Shown here: in pieces, positions 13,801-26,500 of the stretch
Numbering within the stretch: the first letter of the stretch is position 1
Layout of the letters: each line of letters starts with the position of its first letter
NCBI GenBank assembly: GCA_002633005.1
Contig: NMRA01000974.1
Location: 1-64,000, forward strand
Source of the DNA: Phoronis australis
Taxonomy: Eukaryota; Animalia; Phoronida
Direction of reading: 5' to 3'
DNA length: 64,000 nucleotides
Position numbers and translations under genes: made by a program
Notes under the pieces: generated by a model
The model's database searches: none
Seen by the model: the letters and a program-made list of their open reading frames with translations, nothing else
What the model was told of the DNA's origin: nothing

Positions 13801-15146
13801 AGGCGTAAAGATGATGATGTTGAAGTGAAGGGGAAATTAATTACATAGGGTAACATTCGCAGTTTCTCGCATGTCTTTCCTACCAAAACTATTTTGGACA
13901 ATAAACCCTTTTGGACACTCTTGGGTAATTAGGTAAATTAAACAAGTGGCGATTGCTAGGCAGCTGAAGAAATGTGAAGATTATAAAGATACTAAGTCGT
14001 TGTTTTTACAGTAATTTGTCATGATTGCAGTCACGTCTTCACGGAATCCGATTACCATATCATTTTTTACGATCTTAGCAGAAATCTGACTTACACCTGC
14101 TAGAGGCCATTACTGCTCCCTTTGACTCTAGTGGGGTTGTTTAAGATACTATTCATTCGTTTCTGCTCCAGACTATGATTATCCCGTAACATGCACACGG
14201 TTGTGCACATATCAACGCCCAGCATTGCTCTCATTGTTATTAAGAGGACACTTGTGGAGGGGGTCCAGTGTCCCCCAATATGGCCGTCCCAGATTACACG
14301 ATTATAGAACTCTCCTTTGTCCTGGAGATAAGAAAGCGTGTGACATAGTTTTGGAAATCAGGCACATTTTGGTGTCTTCTCATTAATGTGGAGAATTTAG
14401 GCAAAGAATTTCAGATCATGCATCTATGGCATGGGTATTTGTCCAGTTTATCAAACTTTTTCATGTCGGAGTTGTAGCCCACAGCACCGCAGTAATTACT
14501 TCATTGACATTGGAGGGACGAATAGAGAAATGCAACGGAGAAAAACTTGTAAACACAACAAATAACATGTGAAACTCCAGTAGCACGTAAACGAGGCAGC
14601 AAATGTGCCTGACGGATGTTTACGGCATTGTGGGTAAATACAGCGAGATTGGAGTGTCGCTTTATAATACGGGACAACCCTATTACAGAATCAGCTGTTA
14701 TTTTTTCCAATTATTTTAAGATACATATTAGAATATTTTGGCAACACGCTTTTCTTACAGTGGGAATTCCCCTCTCAAACGAGGTTCTCTTTCAGAGATA
14801 TATGGCTTGTGGCAATTGCCCCTTTGCACCCTATATATCCAGCAAAGTCGAGTATTTTAGAGGGGGAGAAGAAAGATTTCAAATTGATCATGAAAACCAT
14901 AGAATGTTTTCATGCGAAGCACAGCTGCATAAAGACATGTTGCCCTTACAAATACGTGAAGCTGTTCAAAAAACAAAAAAAATGTTGATCGGAATTGAAT
15001 TCAAAGAAAAAACATAGGCAATATTCTCAGTAGTTTTACAATGATGGATGTACCTAAACCAAAAATCAAGCCAGACATTTGCTTAAATTAAAGCTGGTGT
15101 TTCTACCAGTTAAATACACTTCATAAAACACTGCCACCTTTTGAGT

Positions 15147-15290
15147 GGGACTTAACTCAACCAGCAGAGCTCTTGGCTGCTATGGGAGAGTTTGAGGTTC
15201 GATTCTGTTGTGGGGTTGAAATCAAACGAAAAGAATTTTTCTTGCCGATTATGTCACCCAAAAAGTGCATGTGTTGGCAATTGTAAACAG
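15147..15290 (+). mobile_element. Degenerate tRNA-derived SINE head
   Basis: A-box-like TAACTCAACCAG and B-box GGTTCGATTC (15196) at tRNA-like spacing. No intact cloverleaf. Confidence 0.4.
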
Positions 15291-16189
15291 CTTTCTGTGA
15301 TTTTTGATGTGCAAATTTAAATCATAAACCATTACTGGCTACCACTAAAATGAACCAGAATTCTTAATACGAATAAGTTATAAAAATTCCTTGGGATGGT
15401 CTCAAACCCCCCTCCCCTCCCCACTGTCTGCCGTGCTCTGGGTTGCCCATTAGGTACATATTTAAATCTGTGCAAACCCCTTCAAAAATTGATTCAAGAT
15501 TCGGTACTACTGTGAGTAACGGGTTTTGCAACTTGACAACCGGCAATCAATTCAGAATTTGTGCGCCTTCAGTTTTCACATTGTGTTGCCTTGTGGTGAC
15601 CCAATAGTATATTAATGTTAAACTGATGTAAATTATGATTCATCAAGTGTCAGTTGGCAAATTACCCATGAAAGGCTACCGCCAACTCTACCCTAAATTA
15701 GGTTTGGTGGACTAACTAGTGGCTGTTGTATTAGGTCTGGATCACTTCGGCATGCCCATCACAAGACAAGCACGAACTTTTATTTCCATGTAACTTCACA
15801 GAAAACACAAGTTTGTTCTGTAGTTGGATAGCCATGATTAAACAACAAACTAAAGGAGAAGAATAATTATTCACTGCTTTTATCAGAACACCCTTTTTCT
15901 GCCACTATATTTTCCTGGTCTCTAGTGGACTTCTAGAGCCAGGTGAAAGTACCCTACAGAGGATGAGGATTTCAATTGCGCCCATATATGTGACCACATC
16001 TTGTCGTCATCCTGTTCAGGTATCTGCTTGATACTCAAAAATTCCTTTTGGAATCTTGATCAAATTTGGCAGAAGTGTGTAGAGCCTCATTAGAATGGTG
16101 TATTCCCTTTTCAACCCGTCTCACCCTGGGCCATAGTGTTACAGCTTTTCACTGTGCTGGGGGGAAGAGCATCGGCTTATTAGCACTTT

Positions 16190-16312
16190 TAGTACTTAGT
16201 TTGATCTTGACAAAGGCTTTTTCACCTTCCGTATTTTTTTGGGGTGGACACTCTTAGTTCTTAGTTTGATCTTGACAAAGGCTTTTTCACCTTCCGTATT
16301 TTTTTTTGGGGG
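16190..16312. repeat. Tandem duplication of ~65 bp
   Basis: CTTAGTTTGATCTTGACAAAGGCTTTTTCACCTTCCGTATTTTTTT occurs twice. Confidence 0.85.
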
Positions 16313-16454
16313 GGGAGTGTTTCCGAATGATAACTTGAGAAGCAATTAATGGATTTTGTAGAAACTTGACACAGAGGTATGGTTAGCCAATGTAAGCTGA
16401 GGGTTCATTGTATCGTTACAGAACATTAATGTTGGACTACACCTGGATTAACAA

Positions 16455-19400
16455 ATGCAGGCTGAGGGAGCATTATACCGTCAGCTACACAAGACGTTCA
16501 AAACAGCTGCATCACTTGTGAAAGCATGGGATGAGATGTCAACTGAGAAGGAAGTGGAGTCTCTGTGTAACTTAGCTGAGCAGCTGCAGTGTTGTGAGCA
16601 TGTAAGAGTCGAAAACACACCATTTCAACAGTATCTGGACCTGAAGGATAGGCTCAGATATAAGCTGTGCACTGCTATAGAACAGACTATTGCTGATCTC
16701 AAAATGAAGTTGTAAGTTTTTTGTTTTTTGTTGTCCTATGTTTAGCATTCATATTCCTCATTCTTGATAGGAGCAAATTTTAGTGAGAGATTTAAAAAAT
16801 CTATTCTCGACTTTTTTGCTGACAAAAATTCCCTTTACCTTGGAAAAATGGGCCTCAGTGTAATTATTTTAGTCAAAAAATGAGTTAAAATAAACCATAT
16901 TCAGCACCAAGTTCAGGCAGTTTGTGTGACACCAAACATTGTCAGTCCTTCACAAGGAAGCCCAACGTATCACTTGGATGCCCACTGTCAATCAGAATTT
17001 CTCCAGTTTAGATACCCACATTGTAAGGGAAATTTCAAATTGCTCTGCATTGCTTTGGACAGGCTTTATTATTGTTATGAGTAAATGTTGAAAGCTGATG
17101 CTGTTGATAATCAATGTTGTGATCAGTAACCCCAATTGCAGTGCCTTGTATGGGCAAATGGTTATTATCATCAGAAAATGTGTGTGGCTGCTCATGGTCA
17201 AATGTGCTTCTGAATGGGACTGTGTGGTATCATATCTGCTTCATATTCCACAAATTGTGTCCTCTAACTACCTGAATTTGGTGGGTTAAAAATGGTGGTC
17301 AAGAAGCAAGGCAGTCTTAATGTTTATTGATAGCCAGCCTATACCTTTTGAAAATGGCTATCACAAAAAAGCAAAAAATTGTTCCCAAATTTTCTTTTTC
17401 TTCCCCTTGTTATGGTGGAGGTCATGTTCCAGATATGTTGTCAGACAGGTGCTGTACCCAATTATTGTTGAGTCTCACACAGTTTGCATGTCATCTTCCA
17501 GATTGCCTCTGCAGGAATTAACAAGCAAAATGTCGAAACAGAGCCAACAGTGCAAAGACATCTTCCAAAAGTATTCATCGAAACTTTCCATAGATACGGC
17601 AAGCCAGCGAAAAGCACTACAGCCCTCCCTGGTGGACATGCTGGAGTATATTTACAATACTGAGACAGTCTACAGGCAACAGTATCTTTTTTGTTTAAGT
17701 TCTTGTCCTACAACTCATATGTTGGAAGCTGTCAGAATATAGTCTGACAGTATTATTAGTTGTATTGTTTTGTTTTATTATTCAGTTCTATGGCATGACC
17801 CCTGAGTTAAGTACAACGATGATGTAATTTGTTTACTACAGAATAGTATGGAACTTTCTAGTAGACTGAGTTCAGTAGTGATGATGTAATTTGTTTACTA
17901 CAAAATAGTGTGGAACTTTCTAGAATAGTGAGGTCAGAACAGTGATGATGTAATTTGTTTACTACAGTATAGTGTGGAACTTTCTAGAAGACTCTATCAT
18001 GACAGTGATTACTGGAGAGTAGTACATGTTTGTAGAATGGTTGGGTAGATTCTGGAAAGTTCTAGAATGTGCTTGATTTGATGAAAAGTTCCAGAACAAT
18101 GCATTAGGCTATAAATACACAAGCACAGGTTTGAGTTAGTCAGATCAAGTCAGTTCAAGAAGAGATCAAATCAGATAATCATCAGATCAAGTGAGTTCAA
18201 GAAAAGATGAAGTCAGTTCAAGAGAAGATCAAGTCAGTTCAAGAAAGTTAATCAGGAGAACTACAGTTGAGTTGCAGTGAAGAGAATCAGCAGTTACAGC
18301 GTTAGTCAATAGAGAGCCAGCTACAGCTATAGAGACAGCAGGTCATTGAATCGACGAGTGTAACACTTGCTGAACGTGTCTCAGAAGTTCATCACAAGTC
18401 AAGGCTTCGCAGCACTGGCTGGAGCATGAACAGACATTACGTCGGACGTTTTGTTTGAGTAGGCTTGTGAACGTACGGTCGGGATTAATAAAGGATTAAC
18501 TCGAACCAGTCTTCAGTCTATCGTCACACCGAAAGCTATTAGCACTGGTTGGTAACCACCTGCGCCCACCCACACACGGGGAAAAACGTGACTGAAGCAT
18601 TAAGTTACAAAGCACCTTCGGTCAAAAGTATTTAAATCAAAATTGTTTTCACACAAAGCCAAAATATTGCTTACCTTAGTTTGAAACTTTTTGATGCCCA
18701 TTTCTGTGGTCATTCTCAAATTGATGACATGGTGACTTTCGGGCTAGTGTCGTCCCATTGTGGGGTCTGTTGCTATAACTGGTTGATGGCAAGTTGGAAT
18801 AGAATTATGAGAGAACCAACAGTGTTCCCCTATGTCTATTTATGCAAGGCACGCTACCTGAACCATCTTCTGTGTTACTACCATTATTCTGTTGGGCACT
18901 ATGAAATAGAGCATTGCCTATTGGCCAATTTGTTTTTTCGCAATTCCACATTGAACTGTTCTTCCACAAGGTTGTATACAGTTCACAAGAAATTAAAGGA
19001 ATTGATTTCACTTCATTACAAGTTTTAAGTATTTTATTAACAGCAAATTTTTCCACGAAGTTGTCATCATCTCCCAGAAGTTGTCACAAAGAAATTAAGA
19101 AATGGTGCGTGTCTTTGTTATGAGAGTACTGAGCCGACAACAAACTTCTTGTTACAAAAGCCGGAGAATGATGGAAGAAAATGACGTTAGTGAGATTGCT
19201 TTTCATTAAACGGTTGTAACAGGCAAGAGAATAGAATGCTGTGTGTGATGAAAGTGGAACTTGCACGTTAAATTCTTATCTCTGTGATTGCTTGATCAAA
19301 TTAGTTAGAAACACAACATATAACGACGATGTGAATATGAAGTAGGCTGAAAATTGTCAAATGTTTTTAAGAACGAGTTTGTGTCCAAAATGATCCACTG

Positions 19401-20988
19401 TAAATCACTCAACCATGTCCAGCAAATACCATGACGTGGTATTGGGGAATAACCCTGCATGATGCGGGATATGTGAGGTCATGAGGTACGCCATTGGTGC
19501 AGCTCGCAGATTTTTTTCTTTTCACATTTACAAGTTGTTAAGGAATACGACTGCATTTTGTTTACCACAGATGATGTTCAAATAGCATTGTTGTTTAGTG
19601 CCTGCTTTACATTAGTATATGTAGGAGCATGCAAACACATTTTTAATGTGAATATTGTGTATGTGAGAACAGAACGCTGTGAAGAGTATGTGTGATTTAG
19701 TGTGAATACTATGTATGTGAGAACAAATTGCCTTTGAGAGTATGTGTGATTTAGTGTGAATACTATGTATGTGAGAACAAATTGCCTTTGAGAGTATGTG
19801 TGATTTAGTGTGAATACTATGTATGTGAGGATAAATTGCCTTTGAGAGTATGTGTGATTTAGTGTGAATACTATGTATGTGAGAACAAATTGCCTTTGAG
19901 AGTATGTGTGATTAGTGTGTATACTGTGTATGTGAGAACAGAATGCTTTGAAGAGTTTGTGATTAGTGTGAATACTGTGTATGGGAGAACAGAATGGTGT
20001 AAAGAGTGTGTGTTATTAGTATGAATACTGTGTATGTCGACAAAGCAAGTTTTCTTCTTTAACTTTATTAAGATTAGCTACGAAGAATTTCTTGCTCAAT
20101 GGATTAGAATACGATAACCCTGAAAGTATAGCAACATTCAAAACTGGATGGATTATGAAGTGTCCAGGAATGTGGAAAGTTGAAGGTTTGTGATGAACAT
20201 TTTTAAGTTAATTAAAATTATGAAAGAGAAAATCCAAGTCACTAAAAACTGTTGAACTGAAGCCTAGTAATAGCAATAATGTTAACTCAGCAAATTATTG
20301 CATGAAGCCAAAAGGTCATTGTTGCTTCTGGTCTGATCTGGATTTGTTATGAATGATGTGCCGGTAATGGCGTGTTTACTTCTTCAGAAAAATCCAAGGT
20401 GATCAAGAGGGATGGGTTTTTTCTTTTACTCTACCTAAGCCTGTTTCATTGGTCGACTGGTTGTTCTTCTGACTGTACTGGCTTTGGTCAATAACTTATC
20501 CAGCAACTACTTTAAAGAAATTTAGAATGTTCAACCATCACAGATGTTACAGAGCTGAAAATAATCATCCTCTGTTCTCTTCACATATCCGTCCCAAATA
20601 ATCAAATTTGGTATTAAAAAGTCTCATATAAAAGCAACTATTGTCCATTTCCACTTCTGCCAGCTGAAACCCTCGACGGCTGCCCTCATCACCAAATGGC
20701 ACATTGAGAAGTAAAAACTAGGTCAGCAAAGATAAAATTAGCCTTTTGTGAACTCGCACTAGTCGGATCCAATTGGACTGCTAGATTTCATTAGAATATG
20801 GTCGTTGAACTCTGACTTGTCTGAAGGTCAGAGTGGATGATCTGGTACAACCGTACCACTGAACTTTTATCGAGTCGGACATAGTTAAGGGTGTCCATCT
20901 TTAGTTTTCTTATTAGTAACATATGTAATTTTTGCTGTTTTCAGAGTATTTAATGACAGTCAAGTTTTTCATGGAGGAAAAGTATTGA
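16455..20988 (+). CDS. C1orf109: C1orf109/AIRIM (AFG2-interacting ribosome maturation factor). Coding exons 16455-16711, 17502-17681, 20073-20185, 20945-20988
   Basis: SLCNLAEQLQ, DLKDRLRYKL, PSLVDMLEYI...YRQQLATKNFLL and terminal VKFFMEE align with human C1orf109 motifs as recalled (SLSNLAEQLQ, DLKERLRRKQ, PSVADMLEWL, VSFFLEE). Phases are consistent. Confidence 0.9.
17730..18609 (+). mobile_element. Solo LTR (880 bp) with a 4-bp TSD (AAGC)
   Basis: TG...CA ends (TGTCAG...GTTACA), AAGC at 17726-17729 and 18610-18613, ~62-bp U3-like repeats x3, TATAAA at 18110 and AATAAA at 18487. Confidence 0.8.
19645..20037. repeat. ~54-bp minisatellite, ~7 copies
   Basis: Unit TGTGAATACTATGTATGTGAGAACAAATTGCCTTTGAGAGTATGTGTGATTTAG. 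Confidence 0.92.
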
Positions 20989-21734
20989 AGTGCACTGAAA
21001 TGTCTCCTTACGACTCCTTCAAATGGAAAGACAAGAGAAGAATTCGCACTTGAGTGATACCCAAGAGTTATCAAGGCAAACTGTGTCGTGAACAGATGGT
21101 AAAAGGAAGCGTTCACCGGGGTCTGTTGATGTGACTGGAAGTAGTGACTGCTCCAAAGATGTGAAAGTGTCCAATAGATTCATCAGGAAATTTTCGCTTC
21201 TTAACAATATCAGTGCTGTGGATTGCGTACTTTTTAAATTTGTTTATGGGCGGTGGACATCATCTTTCTATGGTGTAGTCACACTTGATATTCTACTCCA
21301 TCACAGTTGTCATGAGTAATAACGACACCAGTCTTGAAGGGAGTTAGGCAAACTGATCCTGATGTTAACTACAGATTTTTTTGCAAAAATTCAATATTGA
21401 CATGTTGTATAAAATCATGCCTGTATTTTTCATCTGTAACATTTCTTTAAATGGGATAGTCATGCTCTAGGTATGCAAATTGATATGAAACAATCGCCAT
21501 TGACTTTTCAGACAGTTAGATTTTTGTCCTTTAAGCAGTTTTGAACATGGATTACTCTTTATTGCATGGATATATTTCCATGAAGTTTTTCACACATTTT
21601 AGTCTTTAACCGAGGACTGCTGCTTAAATTATTTTCCTAAGAACAGAGGTGTGGGCTGTAAGAATGAAGATTTAAAAATAAAATCAAAAGTATACGCTAC
21701 AGTTCAAACACGTCACCCGCAATTTAGGTCTTTG

Positions 21735-22165
21735 TTCATCCATGTATACGTGGGAGCATAATGCCGTCATCCCTGTCCATCCATCCAGGATTCACTGCTG
21801 CATTTTCAAAACCCATTGGTGTAGATTTTCGCACAGGTTCAACTAATGCAGCACTCCCTAGTGGCAAACTTTGTTTTTCCTCAGTATCTACCAAGCTACT
21901 TGATGGATCGTTCTGAAATTTGGTGCAAATATTCTTATTTATAATTGTGGCATCTCCTAGTGGCAATTTAGGTTTTCTTTGTGTATGTGTCTATCTTCCA
22001 AGTTCATGAAATAAGTTTCTAACAAGGAGATGACTGCACTTGGCTTCCTTCTGACAAATTGTTCTTGTGCTGCACCCCATAGCGACCACTTTATAATATT
22101 ACATAATACTAATCAAGACCGTTAGATGCAAAGCAGTTTGAGTTGTGGGTGCATTTCAATGCTTT
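21735..22165 (-). mobile_element. Short, reverse-oriented HINE-like copy
   Basis: GTGGGTGCATTTCAATGC (reverse complement of the 5' end), CCTAGTGGCAA motifs, and GCATAATGCCGTCATCCCTGTCCATCCATCC (reverse complement of the 3' microsatellite end). Confidence 0.75.
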
Positions 22166-22745
22166 ACAGTGTTAGACCTTCAGGAAACAAATGTGCTGCC
22201 CGCCAGGCCACTTACTTGAATATGAGACCACTTCCACATCGGCCTATAGGTGAAAGTTTACTGGCTCTGCCGCAAATCCACTGGCCCCAGGCCACCGTGT
22301 ATTTCAAACGTTGGTTTGCATTGTTATACTTTAAGAAATTCATGTTCAAAGCAAAACTGTAATATGTTCACATCAAGGGGCATATGATTGTAATTGATTG
22401 TGCAAAGTTTCAAGACATGAATTAACAGTTTTCAATAAGCCAGGATTCTGAAAAATATAAACTTTTATGGGTTGCAAATGGACAGTAACAAATTATTTGA
22501 TGAAGTGTGGAGGGACACCTTGTGCAAAAAGACAACTCTGTACCAGGTTTTAATGTGGTGGTTATGGTGACATTACCATTAGACCAGATTGACACCCATG
22601 CTTGGTTTACCACTAACCCCCAATTTATACAACTGAGAGTTCTTAAATGTATCCCTGTCTTAGTGAATCCCCGCCTCATTAGGATTTTGGCCCCCAAACA
22701 GTATGCAACTGTCTTACCATTGAATAAGAGTCAGTTTTAGGGGAA

Positions 22746-22947
22746 TTTACTTTACTGTAGCAGGAAAGTACTCAAACTCTTCTGCCCTTTACTGAAGGAG
22801 ACATGAAATGCATTTACTTTACTGTAGCAGGAAAGTACTCCAACTCTTCTGCCCTTTACTGAAGGAGACATGAAATGCATTTACTTTACTGTGGCAGGAA
22901 AGTACTCCAACTCTTCTGCCCTTTACTGAAGGAGACATGAAATGCAT
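22746..22947. repeat. 67-bp tandem repeat, 3 copies
   Basis: TTTACTTTACTGTAGCAGGAAAGTACTCCAACTCTTCTGCCCTTTACTGAAGGAGACATGAAATGCA repeated. Confidence 0.93.
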
Positions 22948-23581
22948 TGTTTGGCTTATGTGCATTCTATTATAATTGTAATGCACAAAAAATGATGAAA
23001 GCATTCGTGTACATCATCACATGAGTAAAGTAAGTCTTCCTAAAACCACTTTTGAGGTGGTGATGCATTTAGTAACATCAGTTCTGAAATCTATTTGTCA
23101 CTGTACCCCTAAAGATGACCAACTAAATTGTGTCAATGTAAGTAGGCTAGTGGTGGGTGTAAATAGTCAGATACAAAATTTTAAGAGATGACGTACAAAA
23201 CTGTAATGTGTGTATCAGAAAATTTAAAGATACACTTCATAAAAAGTAATACCACGTCACTATCGTGTGAAATCACTTCATTCTTGACCATGAGATTGAG
23301 TTTAGTTTTATGTTAATCTTTACCATGATCTTTTTTTTCTTTTTTCGATGGTAAAGATTAACTCAAAACTTGACAGGACTTTAAATAACAAAAAATTCCA
23401 GTATGAAAAGATCATTCAGATGATCTTAACACTGCGTCCAGTGCCTGTAAAGTTCATAAGTCCGATGGAAACAAGTATACAAGTAAGGCGCAATACCACT
23501 CAGCAGAAGGTCAAGTGCATAGCAAAGAACAATTGTAGTGCAAAATTTTGTCAGAATTCAGTGAGTGTTACAGTTCAAGCT

Positions 23582-26500
23582 TTATCCAACCATGCTTCGT
23601 TTTCGTCCCCTTAAACGAACTTCGTCTAATTTCTTCAGAACTTCTGCGACACCCTGGCCATATCCATCGGAGTATGCAGTGAGTAATGAGTCGAACAACT
23701 TCTCTGTGTTTGGATGTGTGCTGAGGAAAGCTCTTTCCAATACATAGAGATCAACACCCTTGTCTTCAGCCAAGGACTCAATATAACTAAGTCCAAAATC
23801 GATCATGACAAGATCAAGGTTTTCTGTGTTCTTAAGCAACATGTTTGATGTAGTGAGATCACCATGAATTATGTTATTCTTGTGCATCAGTGCAACAGTT
23901 TTGCCCATCTTCTCCATTAAAGGCTGCAGTTTGTTGTGAACATCAGAGGAAATGTCCTTCTGAACTCCAGCAATGTAGTCTCGTACTGTTGTTGCATTTG
24001 TGAGATGCTCCATGTAAATTTTGTAATTTGTCAAATCCACAAAGTACACAGCAGGAGTGACCACACCTGAAACAAAATATCAGTATGAGAGGTTAATATG
24101 GGCAGGATTGGCCACACCTGAATAACATGCCTACAGTAACGAGATTTTAAACAAGACTACACAGAGCATTGAAAGGTGAGTGCGGTAACAAACTGTATGC
24201 TTCTAGGGGTGTTTATTAGTAGGCATGTCATAAAAATGCCCATTAGATGACCAAGATACAATACGTTGAACCTGCCCGAAAATAGAAAGGCGTCATCTGA
24301 ATCCAGAACTGTTTTGCTACACTTTGTGAAAATCTGTCCAGGAACTCCAAAGATTACGGAGATAAGCATTATACAGCCAAGATACATCAAATCCATCTCT
24401 AAATGGAAAGGTACTGTTTTTACTGTACAAACTATTTTTTCCAAATTTCTTGAAAAACTGTGACAGTCAAAGAACTCTGAAGAGAGGCAAACGCAAAAAA
24501 TAAATTGCATCTATGGTGGTAGTCAGAACTTTCCAGAAATATTGAGCAGATATTTATACGTTAACACTAAATTTCAAAAAGCTGCAAAGAATTCATCCAT
24601 AGATGCAAAAAATCTCCACTAGGGTGTGCCACAGTTGTCAGAACCGTCCAAAAACCTCAGTCATACTCACAGTCTTCTCATTAGGAATACGTCTGATAAG
24701 ATTTTAAAATCATCTTTTGAGCAGTTTGCCCAATTTGATACTAAACTTATGGCATAAATTTATTACCAGAATACTAGTAGTGACTGGTGATTTTGTTAGC
24801 ACCTGCATTCAACAGTGGCATGATATAGGGTAAAGTGGAAATGCGTATTTTGCAAGAGCAACATGGAGTTTTGAAATGCACCCATGAATGCATCGCAAAT
24901 GGTGTGCTTTCAGGGTTTATTTGTATCATAAAAATGGCAACTAGATGGTGCAAAACTGTAAAATCCGTCCGAAAACAGGAACATGTCATTGCTTCATTAA
25001 TAGAAAACTATTCATCATATTTAACAAAAATCTGTCAAGGAACTTCAGAGAAACAAAGGAAAAAAAATAAAATGAAATTACCACTAGGGAATACAGCATT
25101 CGTTGGATCCACCTGAAAGTCATCGTCTGTTGTTAGCTTCATATAAATACACTTACTAAATTTAATGTAAAGATCCTGCAGTGAGTTTAGGAAATACAGC
25201 TATGGGCGCAAAACAAAACTACCACTAGGAGGCACCACAGTAGTCAAAGTCGCCATCATCAAACGTCCTCTTCACACTAAGAACATGCGCCAATTTTCAA
25301 AACCATCCCTAGAATTATTTGGTTGACAGAGGATTGGATGCTAAAAAATAAACAGACTCAAAAACAGCGAAAATGGCCCCACAAGGTGGCACAAAATACC
25401 TCTATTCCATCTGAAAACAGGAGAATAGTGTCATCTCACCAAAAAATGCCTTTTTTCAATTTTATGAAAATCTGTTGAGGACCTTTGAAGACACAGAGGT
25501 AAACGTAAAGAAATAAAGCTGCCACTAGGGGACACACCAGTAGTCGGATCCATCTGAAAGTCGTCATTGTCCGTTGTCAACATCACATAAATAGACTTGC
25601 GAAACTTAGTAAAGATCCTGCAAACAGCGATGAGTGCAAAAAAACAATACTGCCACTAGGAGGCTCCATAGAAGTCGAAGTCGTCGGAAAATCATCGTCA
25701 GCCGTCCACTTCATAGTAAAAACATACATGCAAATTTTCACAATTATCCTGAAAGCAGTTTGGTTGATAGATGAGTGGATGCCAGAAAACAGACTCGAAA
25801 ACAGTAAAAATGGCCACTAGGTGGCATAAACTTGGTTGAATCCCTCTGAAAATGAAAAGATAACGTCACCTCATTAACAGATGCCTGTATGCCAAATTTT
25901 ATAAAACTACATTGAGGACCTTTAAAGATACAGCGGTAAGCGTAACAAAATAAAAGCCACTAGGTGGCACACCAGCAGTCAGATCTGTCCGAAAGTTTTC
26001 CTCTTCTGTTGTTAACATCATATAAATACACTTACAAAATTTAGTAAAGATCCTGCGAACGTTTTAGGAAATACAGCCAAAGGCGAAAAAAAAACGGCCA
26101 CTAGGAGGTGCCACAGCAGTCGAAGTCGGCGGGAAATCATCGTCAGCTGTCCTCTACATAGCAAGAACTCGTACATGCCATTTTCACAATCATCCTTTGA
26201 GCGGGTTGGTTGATAAAGCAGTGGATGCCAAACACCAAGTAAATACACTTGCTAAATTAAGTAAAGATCCTGCAAACGGTTTTAGATACAGCCATGAGCG
26301 CAAAAAAAACGAAACTGCCACTAGGAGGTGCCACAGTAGTCAAGCTCGTCGGGAAATCATCATCAGCTGTCCATTTCATAGTAAAAACATACACGCAAAT
26401 TTTCACAATTATCCTGAAAGCCGTTTGGTTGATAGACGAGTGAACGCCAAAAAACAGACTCGAAAACAATAAAAATAGCCACTAGGTGGCGCAAACTACG

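Larger units (their letters stand above)
17682..20072 (+). other. U12-type (minor spliceosome) GT-AG intron
   Basis: Donor GTATCTTTT. Branch site TTCTTTAAC (20055-20063) sits 9 nt before the exon, with no classical polypyrimidine tract. Confidence 0.8.

Noticed and set aside
13789-13848. MAAPRRK... as the C1orf109 N-terminus
   Set aside because: TAG occurs before the donor and an in-frame TAA precedes the ATG at 16455. Treated as a uORF/YY1 motif.
15147-15215. Functional tRNA gene
   Set aside because: The acceptor and anticodon stems do not pair and there is no nearby terminator. Kept only as a weak SINE head.
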